Program-made: the position numbers and the translations under genes
Shown here: positions 19,363-28,109 of the stretch, one piece after another
Numbering within the stretch: position 1 is the stretch's first letter
How the letters are laid out: the number at the start of each line of letters is the position of its first letter
The notes under the pieces: generated by a model
What the model was told of the DNA's origin: nothing
Database searches by the model: none
Seen by the model: only the letters and a program-made list of their open reading frames with translations
DNA from: a virus
Virus record (IMG/VR): IMGVR_UViG_3300025435_000010
Coordinates: 67,145 to 131,144 of that record
Reading direction: 5' to 3' (one strand)
DNA: 64,000 bases

Positions 19363-20232
19363 ATGAGCTCCACATTCACATCATCAATGTTCGATAGCAT
19401 TAAGTCCGCCCTTACTAAAAATACTGAGGGCAGCAACAACAAGTTTAAGGATTACCTTAAAACAGAGGTCGGTAATACCTACACTGTCCGTATCCTTCCT
19501 AATATTAAGGACCCTAATAAGACATTTCTCCATTACTATTCTTATGCTTGGAATAGCTTTGCTGATGGTAAGCTTATCAACGTAATAAGTCCTACTACTT
19601 GGGGCCAGCGTGACCCAATTGCTGAAGAGGGATACCGTATTCGCCGTAACGGTACAGAGGAAGAGAAGGACAAGGCTCGTGCTCTTAACCGTAAGGAGAG
19701 TTGGCTAGTTAATGTATATGTAGAAAACGATCCTGTTCGTCCAGAGAATAATGGTACGATCAAGGTTCTTCGCTTTGGTCGTCAACTTAATAAGATTGTT
19801 ATGGATGCTATTGAGGGGGACGATGCAGCTGATTTCGGACCTCGTATTTTTGATCTATCACCTAACGGTTGTAGCTTCCGTATTAAGGTTGAGAAGCAAG
19901 GCGATTTCCCGACTTATGTTTCTTCTAAGTTTGCACTTCCTAAGGCTGCTGTTGGTCTTGATGCCGATTCCTACGAAGAGATCTATAATAATATTTTTGA
20001 TCTTGAGTCCTACTTAACAGTTAAGAGTTACGATGAACTTAAAGATATTCTTAATGCACATTACCACTGCACAGCTGACGTAGTTGAGGACGCTGCAGAG
20101 GCTCCGGTAGTTGCTCCTAAGATTACCACAACACCTAAACCGGTATCAGCTCCAGTTGCTGAAAAGAAGGCAACCCCTGCTAGCCTTGATGATGACTCTA
20201 TTGCTGATCTTCTTAAGGGACTTGAAGACTAA
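19363..20232 (+). CDS. gp32: gp32-like single-stranded DNA-binding protein
   Basis: VRILP, WLVNVYVENDP..PENNG, IFDL..GCSFRIK, YVSSKF, KSYDELK, acidic tail DDDSIADLLKGLED. Confidence 0.88.
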   Translation: MSSTFTSSMFDSIKSALTKNTEGSNNKFKDYLKTEVGNTYTVRILPNIKDPNKTFLHYYSYAWNSFADGKLINVISPTTWGQRDPIAEEGYRIRRNGTEEEKDKARALNRKESWLVNVYVENDPVRPENNGTIKVLRFGRQLNKIVMDAIEGDDAADFGPRIFDLSPNGCSFRIKVEKQGDFPTYVSSKFALPKAAVGLDADSYEEIYNNIFDLESYLTVKSYDELKDILNAHYHCTADVVEDAAEAPVVAPKITTTPKPVSAPVAEKKATPASLDDDSIADLLKGLED

Positions 20233-20687
20233 TGGATACCTTTAACGAAGCAGGGCTTTCGCCAGACGAAATTAAAATGCTGACCCTACAGTTTATGGGT
20301 CAGCATTTAACTGGTGACCTTAAAGTATTGGATCAAAATATTATATCAAGAAATAATACCCTACAGGGTATGGTGCTTAATCCAACTGCAGTAATAAACA
20401 GCATTCCATCTAGTGCTTCACAGCCGTTACCTCAACCTCAAGTACCAGTATTATCACAACAGGTACAAGTAACCCCTACACTCGGAGCTGAAACATTTAC
20501 TTCACCTCAACCAATACTAGCTCCTGTTGAACAAAGTAATAATACAAATCGTGATCAGCTTGAGTTTAGTTTTGAGACAAGTCCATTATCAGTACGCATT
20601 TTTGAATCACTTGAACGTATTGAGAAAAAGCTTTCTCTTATTGAGGACAGACTTTTTGCTCTTGAAGATTTTAAAAAAAAGGACTAA
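20232..20687 (+). CDS. Hypothetical protein (Pro/Gln linker, C-terminal coiled coil)
   Basis: 151-aa ORF coupled to the gp32 stop. Confidence 0.6.
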   Translation: MDTFNEAGLSPDEIKMLTLQFMGQHLTGDLKVLDQNIISRNNTLQGMVLNPTAVINSIPSSASQPLPQPQVPVLSQQVQVTPTLGAETFTSPQPILAPVEQSNNTNRDQLEFSFETSPLSVRIFESLERIEKKLSLIEDRLFALEDFKKKD

Positions 20688-20729
20688 TATATCGCTTGTT
20701 TAGGCGAATAAAGTGTCTATTATAACAGT

Positions 20730-21464
20730 ATGATTCTTACCATACCAGATAGAGAAGATTTTCTCAATAGCTTTTTAACACCCTTGAGCCGTGTAGCTGA
20801 TAGTGCTGTTTTAAAGCTTACCTCTAATGAGATATCAGCAATTATAACTACGAGTGATAATACACTTGTCGTTTACGCTACATATAATAATATTCTGTCT
20901 GGAGTAGAGAAGAATCTTAATATACCAGATTTAAAGAAGCTTTGCAGAGTAATTTCATGTATTGAAGAAAAAGGTTGTGCTTTGGATATTGCTAGTAATT
21001 ATGTTGGCTTTGAATCATCATCTGTTAGATTTAAGTATTTTCTTTACGAAGATAATATTATCAAGACCCCTAAGCAGATTAATCTTGATAAACTGAAAGA
21101 ACTGCCTTTTGATGGTGATTTCACTATTCCCTTTACATCGGTAATATCCCTTATTAAGGGTAGTTCTATTGCTACTGAGACAAATAAGATTTATCTCTCT
21201 TTCAAAGAGGGTGATGTATTCGGTGAGTTGACTGACAAGACAAGAGCAAATACCGATTCGTATGGTATTAAGATATCTTCAGATTACACAGGAGATGTAA
21301 TTAATATACATGTACCGTTGAATTTTGAGTTATTTAGAATAATTTCTTGTATGAAATACAAAGAGCTCGCGGCGAGTATCTCCTCAAAGCGAGGACTATT
21401 AATTCTTAACACAGGCAATGAGACAACGAAAATGAAGTTTATTGTTTCAGCACTACAAAACTAA
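20730..21464 (+). CDS. gp45: gp45-like sliding clamp
   Basis: 244 aa, alternating beta/alpha pattern, LNIPDLKKL, C-terminal KFIVSAL; replication context. Confidence 0.6.
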   Translation: MILTIPDREDFLNSFLTPLSRVADSAVLKLTSNEISAIITTSDNTLVVYATYNNILSGVEKNLNIPDLKKLCRVISCIEEKGCALDIASNYVGFESSSVRFKYFLYEDNIIKTPKQINLDKLKELPFDGDFTIPFTSVISLIKGSSIATETNKIYLSFKEGDVFGELTDKTRANTDSYGIKISSDYTGDVINIHVPLNFELFRIISCMKYKELAASISSKRGLLILNTGNETTKMKFIVSALQN

Positions 21465-21467
21465 TTT

Positions 21468-21869
21468 ATGAGCAACAATAAACTTAAAACACCTAGTTAT
21501 TTTATTAAACGATTACGCGATAATGGATTCGTTGTTGTTCGGTTATTCTCTGTATACGCTAAGCATGACCCACGTAGATGGACGGTTATTGTAAATCCGA
21601 GCGAAGCATCAGTCTTAATTACTTGCTATGTAAATAAAACTGAACTCGGTGAAGTTTTATTTGAACTTAATGATGGCGGTGCACGTATTCCAAAGAATTT
21701 TAATCTCCAAACCGATAGTATTGAAGTTATTATTGACTATCTTATTATGCGCGGTATCACAAATAACACAGATTATCATGGTCGCTCGAGATATCTTTCC
21801 AAGGGAATAAATAATTGTGATGAGCGACAAGCGCCCCAACAACAGGGAGAAGAAAGTGAAGAAGTCTGA
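21468..21869 (+). CDS. Hypothetical protein
   Basis: 133-aa ORF in the run. Confidence 0.6.
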   Translation: MSNNKLKTPSYFIKRLRDNGFVVVRLFSVYAKHDPRRWTVIVNPSEASVLITCYVNKTELGEVLFELNDGGARIPKNFNLQTDSIEVIIDYLIMRGITNNTDYHGRSRYLSKGINNCDERQAPQQQGEESEEV

Positions 21870-22155
21870 AACAAAACTTTCTAATGAAGATAAGGAGGTA
21901 TTGCGTAAGGCTATGCTTTCCTCTTTACAGGAAAATATACAAACTCATGAAAACGGTATAAAAAGAGATCTCAAAACTCTTTCTACCCAAGTTGAAGAGT
22001 ACCTTTCGTCCTTTATTATTCTCGGTTACACGTTTGATGGAGAACCTGTTCATTGTATATCTGCACATAACCAACAGGAAGCCGATTCTTTAGTTACGTT
22101 AATTAATAAGTTCTTTCACAGTCATATTGAAAATGACAATCCAGAACAAAATTAA
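21820..22155 (+). CDS. Hypothetical protein
   Basis: ORF with TAAATA (21808-21813) 6 nt before ATG 21820. Confidence 0.6.
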   Translation: MSDKRPNNREKKVKKSETKLSNEDKEVLRKAMLSSLQENIQTHENGIKRDLKTLSTQVEEYLSSFIILGYTFDGEPVHCISAHNQQEADSLVTLINKFFHSHIENDNPEQN

Positions 22156-22450
22156 ATCTCTCTTTAAAAAACCTCAGCACCCAAAGCAGCCGTATATATA
22201 TGCAGTAACTGCTGGAAAGTATTTGGGCGAACTACTTGTATATATTGAAGGTAATGCTGATGATTATTCTTTTTTAGCGTTGCCTGAAATGAAGATACGT
22301 CATATACCCAGAGAAAAATTTGATATTGGTATACGAGATAAGATTATTGACGTAGTGGAAAAATTACCTGCATTTGTACATAAGACCTGCATACAGCAGT
22401 TTAATAAGAATAAATCTAGTACCCTAGCACTAGAAGATACGGAAGACTAA
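22127..22450 (+). CDS. Hypothetical protein
   Basis: 107-aa ORF; exact start uncertain. Confidence 0.55.
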   Translation: MKMTIQNKIKSLFKKPQHPKQPYIYAVTAGKYLGELLVYIEGNADDYSFLALPEMKIRHIPREKFDIGIRDKIIDVVEKLPAFVHKTCIQQFNKNKSSTLALEDTED

Positions 22451-22458
22451 ATAAATTC

Positions 22459-22647
22459 ATGGACATCATACAACCAAAGGTTATACAGTCTCCTATTAGC
22501 GGTGAACCTGTAAGACCGAGATTAAAAACTTATATTCGCGACAATCAAGAAATTGTTGAAGCTGAATATATTTGCCCTGCCTCTGGTAAGTTCATTCGCA
22601 AAGGTGTCGTCTCAGTGAAAGATCTCAGTAAACCTGAGACACAATAA
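22459..22647 (+). CDS. Small hypothetical protein
   Basis: 62 aa; TAAATA 5 nt upstream; SPISG...CPASG knuckle-like pattern. Confidence 0.6.
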   Translation: MDIIQPKVIQSPISGEPVRPRLKTYIRDNQEIVEAEYICPASGKFIRKGVVSVKDLSKPETQ

Positions 22648-22686
22648 TTATCTTGTTTTTAATATTTTTGGTCATATACTGATGAT

Positions 22687-23721
22687 GTGATACTGCCTCA
22701 GGAATATATAATTCAAAAATTTTACCAGTACGCAGGCTACCCTAAGTTTAAGAAGATTACGAATACCTACGAGGCAGGTTGTCCAATTTGTCGTGAGGGT
22801 ACATCGTGGTTAAAGAAAAGCAGATGCTATTATATTGTTGAGAAAAATGCAATTTGCTGTCATAACTGCGGTTGGTATGGTAAACCGCTAAAGTGGATTC
22901 AAGAAGTATCAAATCAAACGTACGATGAAATCTTAAAAGAAGTCAGGACTTACGATATTATACCGACTGATATCTCTCAAGAAGAAGAGTCGTTAGATAT
23001 ATCTAAAATAACGCATAAGCTTCCATTAGATTGCATAAATTTGTTCGATCAGCATCAAGTTGACTATCATAGGAACAATAGTATTGTTCAAAAAGCTCTT
23101 GAATTAATAAAGAACAGAAGGCTCAACACAGCAGTTAATAGACCAAATTCATTGTGGTTATCCTTGACGGACAGAGTACATAAAAACCGTTTAATTATTC
23201 CGTTTTACGATGAAAAAGGGAATATTATCTTTTATCAGTCTAGAACTATTATTAGCCAACCTAACGATAAATTACCTAAGTATCTCAGCAAAATTAATGG
23301 CGAAAAATCATTATTCAATCTTAATAAGATTGATACAGATTATGACTATATTTTTATTTTTGAAGGTCCAATTGATGCCTTTTTCGTGCAAAACGGTACC
23401 GCAGTAGCCGGTATACAGGAGAACAGTAATAACACATTCTCTTCACTCCAACAGACCCAGATTAATAATTTTAAACTATCTAAAATGATATGGGTCTTGG
23501 ATAGTCAGTGGCTAGATAATGCAAGTAAAACTAAGACTCAACGGTTAATTAACGCAGGTGAGACAGTTTTTATATGGCCAGAAAAAATAGGTAAGTTATA
23601 TAAAGATTTTAATGATGCGTGTATTGCAGCAAACATTGACGAAATATCACACAAATTTATATTATCAAATTCGTATGAAGGGCTGAAAGCAAAACTACTG
23701 CTTTCTGAGATAAGATCTTAG
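22687..23721 (+). CDS. gp61: gp61-like DNA primase
   Basis: Zn finger CPIC...CHNC, RLIIPF, PKYL, TOPRIM FEGPIDAFF, KDFND; TTGTTT-N16-TATACT 6 nt upstream. Confidence 0.9.
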   Translation: MILPQEYIIQKFYQYAGYPKFKKITNTYEAGCPICREGTSWLKKSRCYYIVEKNAICCHNCGWYGKPLKWIQEVSNQTYDEILKEVRTYDIIPTDISQEEESLDISKITHKLPLDCINLFDQHQVDYHRNNSIVQKALELIKNRRLNTAVNRPNSLWLSLTDRVHKNRLIIPFYDEKGNIIFYQSRTIISQPNDKLPKYLSKINGEKSLFNLNKIDTDYDYIFIFEGPIDAFFVQNGTAVAGIQENSNNTFSSLQQTQINNFKLSKMIWVLDSQWLDNASKTKTQRLINAGETVFIWPEKIGKLYKDFNDACIAANIDEISHKFILSNSYEGLKAKLLLSEIRS

Positions 23722-24122
23722 TCGTTAGCTGAAGCTAAGTAGCCTTTAAGTGACTGACTTAAACTACCGAGATCTGCAGCAAGGCGTGAAATCTTTTTCT
23801 TCTCACTTCTTGCAATGTTTTCAAACATTGTATCGCAAGGAGCAGAGTGGAGTTGAATTTGCATTGAATTGCTATTTGTATCGTTTAAAAATATGATAAA
23901 ATCATCGATTTTATTAATCCATTCATGTAGTGTGTTAATTTGCTCAACCTTTACATGGTCAATACGCGTCTGCCTTTCAGCAGCTTTTACATCGAAATCA
24001 GAAGGTTTTGCTGTATCAAGACTTTGTGCCATAGCTTCTTGATCATTTGCGGGAGCAGGCTCAGGGACCGGAGCAACATCTGCTTCAAGAATATAATCAA
24101 ACCTCGACTTAAAATAACTCAT
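23718..24122 (-). CDS. Hypothetical late protein
   Basis: TATAAATA 5 nt upstream; N-terminus FKSRFDYILEA. Confidence 0.65.
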   Translation of the reverse strand: MSYFKSRFDYILEADVAPVPEPAPANDQEAMAQSLDTAKPSDFDVKAAERQTRIDHVKVEQINTLHEWINKIDDFIIFLNDTNSNSMQIQLHSAPCDTMFENIARSEKKKISRLAADLGSLSQSLKGYLASAND

Positions 24123-24127
24123 AATAG

Positions 24128-24149
24128 TATTTATAGCTGAGATTAAATA
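24128..24149. promoter_or_regulatory. Back-to-back late promoters
   Basis: TATAAATA on minus (24135-24128) and TAAATA on plus (24144-24149). Confidence 0.65.
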
Positions 24150-24156
24150 ATTTTAC

Positions 24157-24549
24157 ATGAAAAAGAAGGTTCTATTTGAGGATACAGTTTCATACTATAA
24201 TAAGTGGGTATCTGGTCAAGCTGCACGTGAATTCGGTGCCATTAAAATGAAATTCAAGGACCTAACTGGACAGGATAAAGGTAAACTAACACAGAGTCCT
24301 AACGATGCTAGAGCGAATAATGTATTACCTTTCCCTCTACCGAACACAGCATCAGTTCTCGGTGATTTGCTTACAAATACAACAAATTCACTAACTTTGT
24401 TTAAAGATGCTCTTAAGCATCCGTTAATTAGAGAAGACGAAAAAGCGAAAAAGGAAATTGAATTAATTGTTAACTGCTTAAACAAATCACTATTAGATCT
24501 CAAACAGATCTTTGTTGTACTTACAAAAAGCGCTAAAGAAGACGCTTGA
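24157..24549 (+). CDS. Hypothetical late protein
   Basis: 130 aa; TAAATA 7 nt upstream; N-terminus KKKVLFED. Confidence 0.6.
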   Translation: MKKKVLFEDTVSYYNKWVSGQAAREFGAIKMKFKDLTGQDKGKLTQSPNDARANNVLPFPLPNTASVLGDLLTNTTNSLTLFKDALKHPLIREDEKAKKEIELIVNCLNKSLLDLKQIFVVLTKSAKEDA

Positions 24550-24580
24550 TTTTAAGTGTTTATAGCATTATTATATAGTA

Positions 24581-24994
24581 ATGCTCGGTAAACTTTTAAC
24601 ACAATTAACAGCGCTAATTATAGTTGCTATATTATTTGGCTTACTATTACAACACTCTGGTGTTAGCTTATTTATAAGCATTCCACTCGGTATAATTCTT
24701 CAATTTGGTGTGTATTATGCGTTTATTACTATTCTCAATGCTTTTGTAGAATTAAGAAATAAAAAGCTTGAAAACGAACGCATTAAAGAATTTAGCCTTC
24801 AAGGTCTTGAGGTAACATGTCCTTGTGCTCTAAAGAAAATAGAGTTTGTTCCTATTATTCTCAATACCGACAACAAATATACGTGTAATTTTTGTCAAAA
24901 AAATGTTAGCGTATATGTCGTACCCGAAACAGCACTTGTAACAGAACCACTTGCTCTTACACAGATGCCACCAATAATTCCGCTGCCTGAATAA
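24581..24994 (+). CDS. Membrane protein with C-terminal zinc-ribbon-like motif
   Basis: Two N-terminal hydrophobic helices, then CPC...CNFC; TTGATT-N17-TATTAT 6 nt upstream. Confidence 0.6.
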   Translation: MLGKLLTQLTALIIVAILFGLLLQHSGVSLFISIPLGIILQFGVYYAFITILNAFVELRNKKLENERIKEFSLQGLEVTCPCALKKIEFVPIILNTDNKYTCNFCQKNVSVYVVPETALVTEPLALTQMPPIIPLPE

Positions 24995-24998
24995 TATA

Positions 24999-25457
24999 AT
25001 GGAAATACCTGAAAGTATAAGCAAATTAACGATAGAAGGTGTCGCAGATCAATTTACACTCTCATCTCAAAAACAACAAATACCTATTGAGGATTTTATA
25101 ATTCTACTAAAACAACAACTAAATTTATCAAACTATAAGTCCTTTGAGGAGGGTTTAGTATACCACAAGAAAGACCCGAAATCCGAAAAAAACTTTATTA
25201 AAAATTTATTTTTTTTATATAACGATACCATGGTTAAAGCTATACAAACCTCGAGTATTAGCGATGATATAAAGAATGACGTTGTAACAGCGTTCACAAC
25301 TATTGTCAGTAATACCATGCAAAATATTGATACAATCTATACTCTTACAAGTACTTTAAATAACAATAAGAATATTATTGACGTTCAAAAAATTCTATAC
25401 ATAATACTCGGATATGTCATCGACACAATTAAGCGAAATAACAACACAAGTAACTGA
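24999..25457 (+). CDS. Hypothetical protein
   Basis: 152-aa ORF in the run. Confidence 0.55.
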   Translation: MEIPESISKLTIEGVADQFTLSSQKQQIPIEDFIILLKQQLNLSNYKSFEEGLVYHKKDPKSEKNFIKNLFFLYNDTMVKAIQTSSISDDIKNDVVTAFTTIVSNTMQNIDTIYTLTSTLNNNKNIIDVQKILYIILGYVIDTIKRNNNTSN

Positions 25458-25725
25458 CCACAATCAATTTAACATGTCATACGACGAATATGCACGTTGG
25501 CTTTGCTTACTCGAGGGCATTGAAATTGTAGGTAAAAGAGTAGAACAACTCAAGAAACGCTCGATTGATAGTAGTATTGATTGGATTAAACCACTGGCTT
25601 TTCAAAAATATATTGATGAGCGTTTTCTGTCAATGAAGTCAGATCTTGATGAGATCGAACGACACGAATCAATTACAGCCCCAAAAATTTCATGCACTAC
25701 ATCATTGGTACCAACTTTAGCGTAA
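25414..25725 (+). CDS. Hypothetical protein
   Basis: 103-aa ORF; start could be the internal Met (MSYDEY). Confidence 0.55.
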   Translation: MSSTQLSEITTQVTDHNQFNMSYDEYARWLCLLEGIEIVGKRVEQLKKRSIDSSIDWIKPLAFQKYIDERFLSMKSDLDEIERHESITAPKISCTTSLVPTLA

Positions 25726-25964
25726 AGCCAGATCCTCGACGCAGCTTCCTTGCAAAGGAAACAGCATTTAATGTGAATATGCAATATAATCTCATTAATA
25801 TTAAACCTCAAGACAGCGCTCTTGAATATACATTTTATGGTAGCGATGATTCAAAAGTGACTTTAAAATTCAATACAAGCAAAGATGCAGATCAATTCAT
25901 TGCTAAGTTGCGAAACGAGAATTTGCCAGTGTATAACCCTGAAATCGGTAAACTCGACGTCTAG
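25692..25964 (+). CDS. Hypothetical protein
   Basis: 90-aa ORF converging on the neck gene. Confidence 0.55.
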   Translation: MHYIIGTNFSVKPDPRRSFLAKETAFNVNMQYNLINIKPQDSALEYTFYGSDDSKVTLKFNTSKDADQFIAKLRNENLPVYNPEIGKLDV

Positions 25965-26701
25965 GCGTAACCACCATATACACTATCATAATCTGTAAGT
26001 GTATAATCAAAAACAGATTTAGATGCAACATCAACACTGTAGCTATAAGGTTTATTGGCGCCTGATACACCAGGATTAAGCGTGTCATCATATACCTGTT
26101 GATTAACAGCTTCACCTGACAGACCTGGCTCAAACGACCATTCAAAACGCTTAGCCTTTATTAGCCAAACATAATGACCAGCGAGCGGATTAATCTGCGC
26201 GATATCCTGATCAAGACGTTCAGTTATCTCATAAAAATTACCATTTCGACCATTTGGACGATCACTACCATATTCTGAGAGCTGAAAAACATCTCCTGAC
26301 TTTGGCTCGCGACTCGCACCGAATATGGTATAAAAACCGCTAATATGAATAAACGCTGTTACTTCATCTTCTGATAATAAACCATACTTACTAAGCATGA
26401 GAGCGTTTTCATTTAAATTGATCGCTACAGTAATTGGAAGAGGAGGTGCAAACGTTTGGGTTGGTTGTTCACCGTAAAGCATGTCTGCAGAAAGAACGCT
26501 AAATGTATTCACATAATATAGCGTCTGTTGACCGTAGAGATTTATTTGCTCCCTCCAATAATTGGAATATAAAACTCTTTCACTCTGATTATTATTCTTA
26601 TCAGTAAAGCGAATACACGTATTATCGACAAAGTTTAAACTACTCGGATAGATCTGCGGAGTAGGATTACCTGTATAGAAGTCTTTTTCGTTGACGCTCA
26701 T
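25961..26701 (-). CDS. gp14: gp14-like neck protein
   Basis: INLYG..Y, LYGE, SKYGL..EDE, EPKSGD, FYEIT pattern typical of T4-like gp14. Confidence 0.7.
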   Translation of the reverse strand: MSVNEKDFYTGNPTPQIYPSSLNFVDNTCIRFTDKNNNQSERVLYSNYWREQINLYGQQTLYYVNTFSVLSADMLYGEQPTQTFAPPLPITVAINLNENALMLSKYGLLSEDEVTAFIHISGFYTIFGASREPKSGDVFQLSEYGSDRPNGRNGNFYEITERLDQDIAQINPLAGHYVWLIKAKRFEWSFEPGLSGEAVNQQVYDDTLNPGVSGANKPYSYSVDVASKSVFDYTLTDYDSVYGGYA

Positions 26702-27048
26702 TATTTAGTTAATGTAAAGAATCCAGGTTCATGATGTGGTGCTAGATATATACCAGTATTACCGAGAGAGCCTTTAAGTTCTTTAAGATTAAATTTTGTA
26801 CCCAATTGACGAGCTTTAGCTAAGGTAATTGTCTTTGTACCACTATTCATCGTCTTAAGGGTTTCAAACTCTTGTACAGCATTATTATCATGCTTACAGT
26901 ACTCTGGGACAGTCTTACCACCAGTTGCAGAGTGTGAATTGACATCCGGAATAATGTCAGCCATATGACGATGCTGTCTAGCTTTACCGGTTTTTTTATT
27001 AAAATGAGGGTTAAACCTTTCGAAAATAAAGTCTTTAAAGCTCTTCAC
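26701..27048 (-). CDS. Hypothetical late protein
   Basis: TATAAATA 5 nt before GTG; N-terminus MKSFKDFIFE. Confidence 0.65.
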   Translation of the reverse strand: MKSFKDFIFERFNPHFNKKTGKARQHRHMADIIPDVNSHSATGGKTVPEYCKHDNNAVQEFETLKTMNSGTKTITLAKARQLGTKFNLKELKGSLGNTGIYLAPHHEPGFFTLTK

Positions 27049-27062
27049 AGATATATTTATAC

Positions 27063-27092
27063 AAAAAAAAGGGCCTTATTGCTAAGGCCCTT
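27063..27092 (-). terminator. Rho-independent terminator
   Basis: Minus strand AAGGGCCTTA-GCAA-TAAGGCCC followed by a T-run. Confidence 0.88.
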
Positions 27093-27117
27093 AATTTTAA
27101 TTTGATCTACTTTATTA

Positions 27118-28086
27118 TTAGAGCTTACGGAAGTCGCGAACTGTACCCTTTGGAGCCTTATAACCATCCTTACCGGTTGCAAAGAGAACCTTACCAACGT
27201 TCTTAGAGACCTTTGAGTCAACAGGAACTGGCTTAGCAGGTACTGGTGTTGTATCAGCTGTATCAGGTACTCCATCGGCAGCACCGTAGAGATGTACTTT
27301 AGCATTCTTAGCGCCGAGACCTTCATCCTGACCATTGATCTCACCTTCGCCGATCTTACCGTCGACGTGATGTGTTGTCCAGGAATCCTTGACTTGATTG
27401 CTCTTAGCACCACCAAGTTCCCAAGGATGCTTGCCACCCTTAGCAACAGAACCGGAAATCTTGATTTCTTCAAGCTCGGTAGCTTCAGCGCTAAAACCGG
27501 CTGATTCTTCATCTTCACCCTCTTCACCTTCAAGCTCACCCTCTTCTTCACCGTGCTGTTCTTCATCAGAACCAAGTACGGCCATAAGAGCATCGTGAAG
27601 CTTACCAGCAAGTTCTTTACTAAGGGTAATTGTAACTTCATCACCTTCACCCTCAGCACCAGGAAGGTCAAGGGCTAAGGCATCATGCTGGTCAGCATCT
27701 TCAGGTGAGTGGATATTATCGGACATAACGTCCTCGAAGAGTTTATCAAAAGTAGATTTTGTCATAAAATTATTTATAGGCTCTACTTCCATTTTTTCGG
27801 GGGCTAACGATAATTTTTCTACTCCCGTGAAAGTTGACTTGCCCTTAGCGTCCTTAGCTTCAAGGGGCTTAACGAGAGATTTTCCATTTTCATTGCTCAT
27901 AGGTCCACGTTTATCAAAGGCCTTTGTTTTAAATCCCTTAGGTAAAACAACGTCAGACGTCTTTTTACCTGCTCTGGCGAAAGTGTCTTTACCGATACCT
28001 TTAAGGTTGTTCTTCTTGGCTGCCTCAGTAAGTATTGTAGAGGCGTAGAATTCACCCATTTCAACGAGATTGCGTGCTTTATTCAT
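27118..28086 (-). CDS. Hypothetical late protein, possible prohead core/internal protein
   Basis: TATAAATA upstream, own terminator, alternating basic and very acidic segments, several (I/L)xE sites. Confidence 0.6.
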   Translation of the reverse strand: MNKARNLVEMGEFYASTILTEAAKKNNLKGIGKDTFARAGKKTSDVVLPKGFKTKAFDKRGPMSNENGKSLVKPLEAKDAKGKSTFTGVEKLSLAPEKMEVEPINNFMTKSTFDKLFEDVMSDNIHSPEDADQHDALALDLPGAEGEGDEVTITLSKELAGKLHDALMAVLGSDEEQHGEEEGELEGEEGEDEESAGFSAEATELEEIKISGSVAKGGKHPWELGGAKSNQVKDSWTTHHVDGKIGEGEINGQDEGLGAKNAKVHLYGAADGVPDTADTTPVPAKPVPVDSKVSKNVGKVLFATGKDGYKAPKGTVRDFRKL

Positions 28087-28093
28087 ATATGCT

Positions 28094-28105
28094 TAATTAT
28101 TTATA
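28094..28105. promoter_or_regulatory. Overlapping divergent late promoters
   Basis: TAATTA (plus, 28094-28099) and TATAAATA (minus, 28105-28098) within a 23-nt gap. Confidence 0.55.
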
Positions 28106-28109
28106 CTAA

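Noticed and set aside
20669-20687. TTTTAAAAAAAAG slippery-like run at the end of 20232..20687
   Set aside because: A -1 shift meets a stop before the gp45 start, and gp45 has its own promoter-like element.
27057-27671. 204-aa alternative-frame ORF overlapping the 322-aa late gene
   Set aside because: The Leu/Lys/Val-rich text is what a shifted frame of the real gene gives, and it runs through the terminator.
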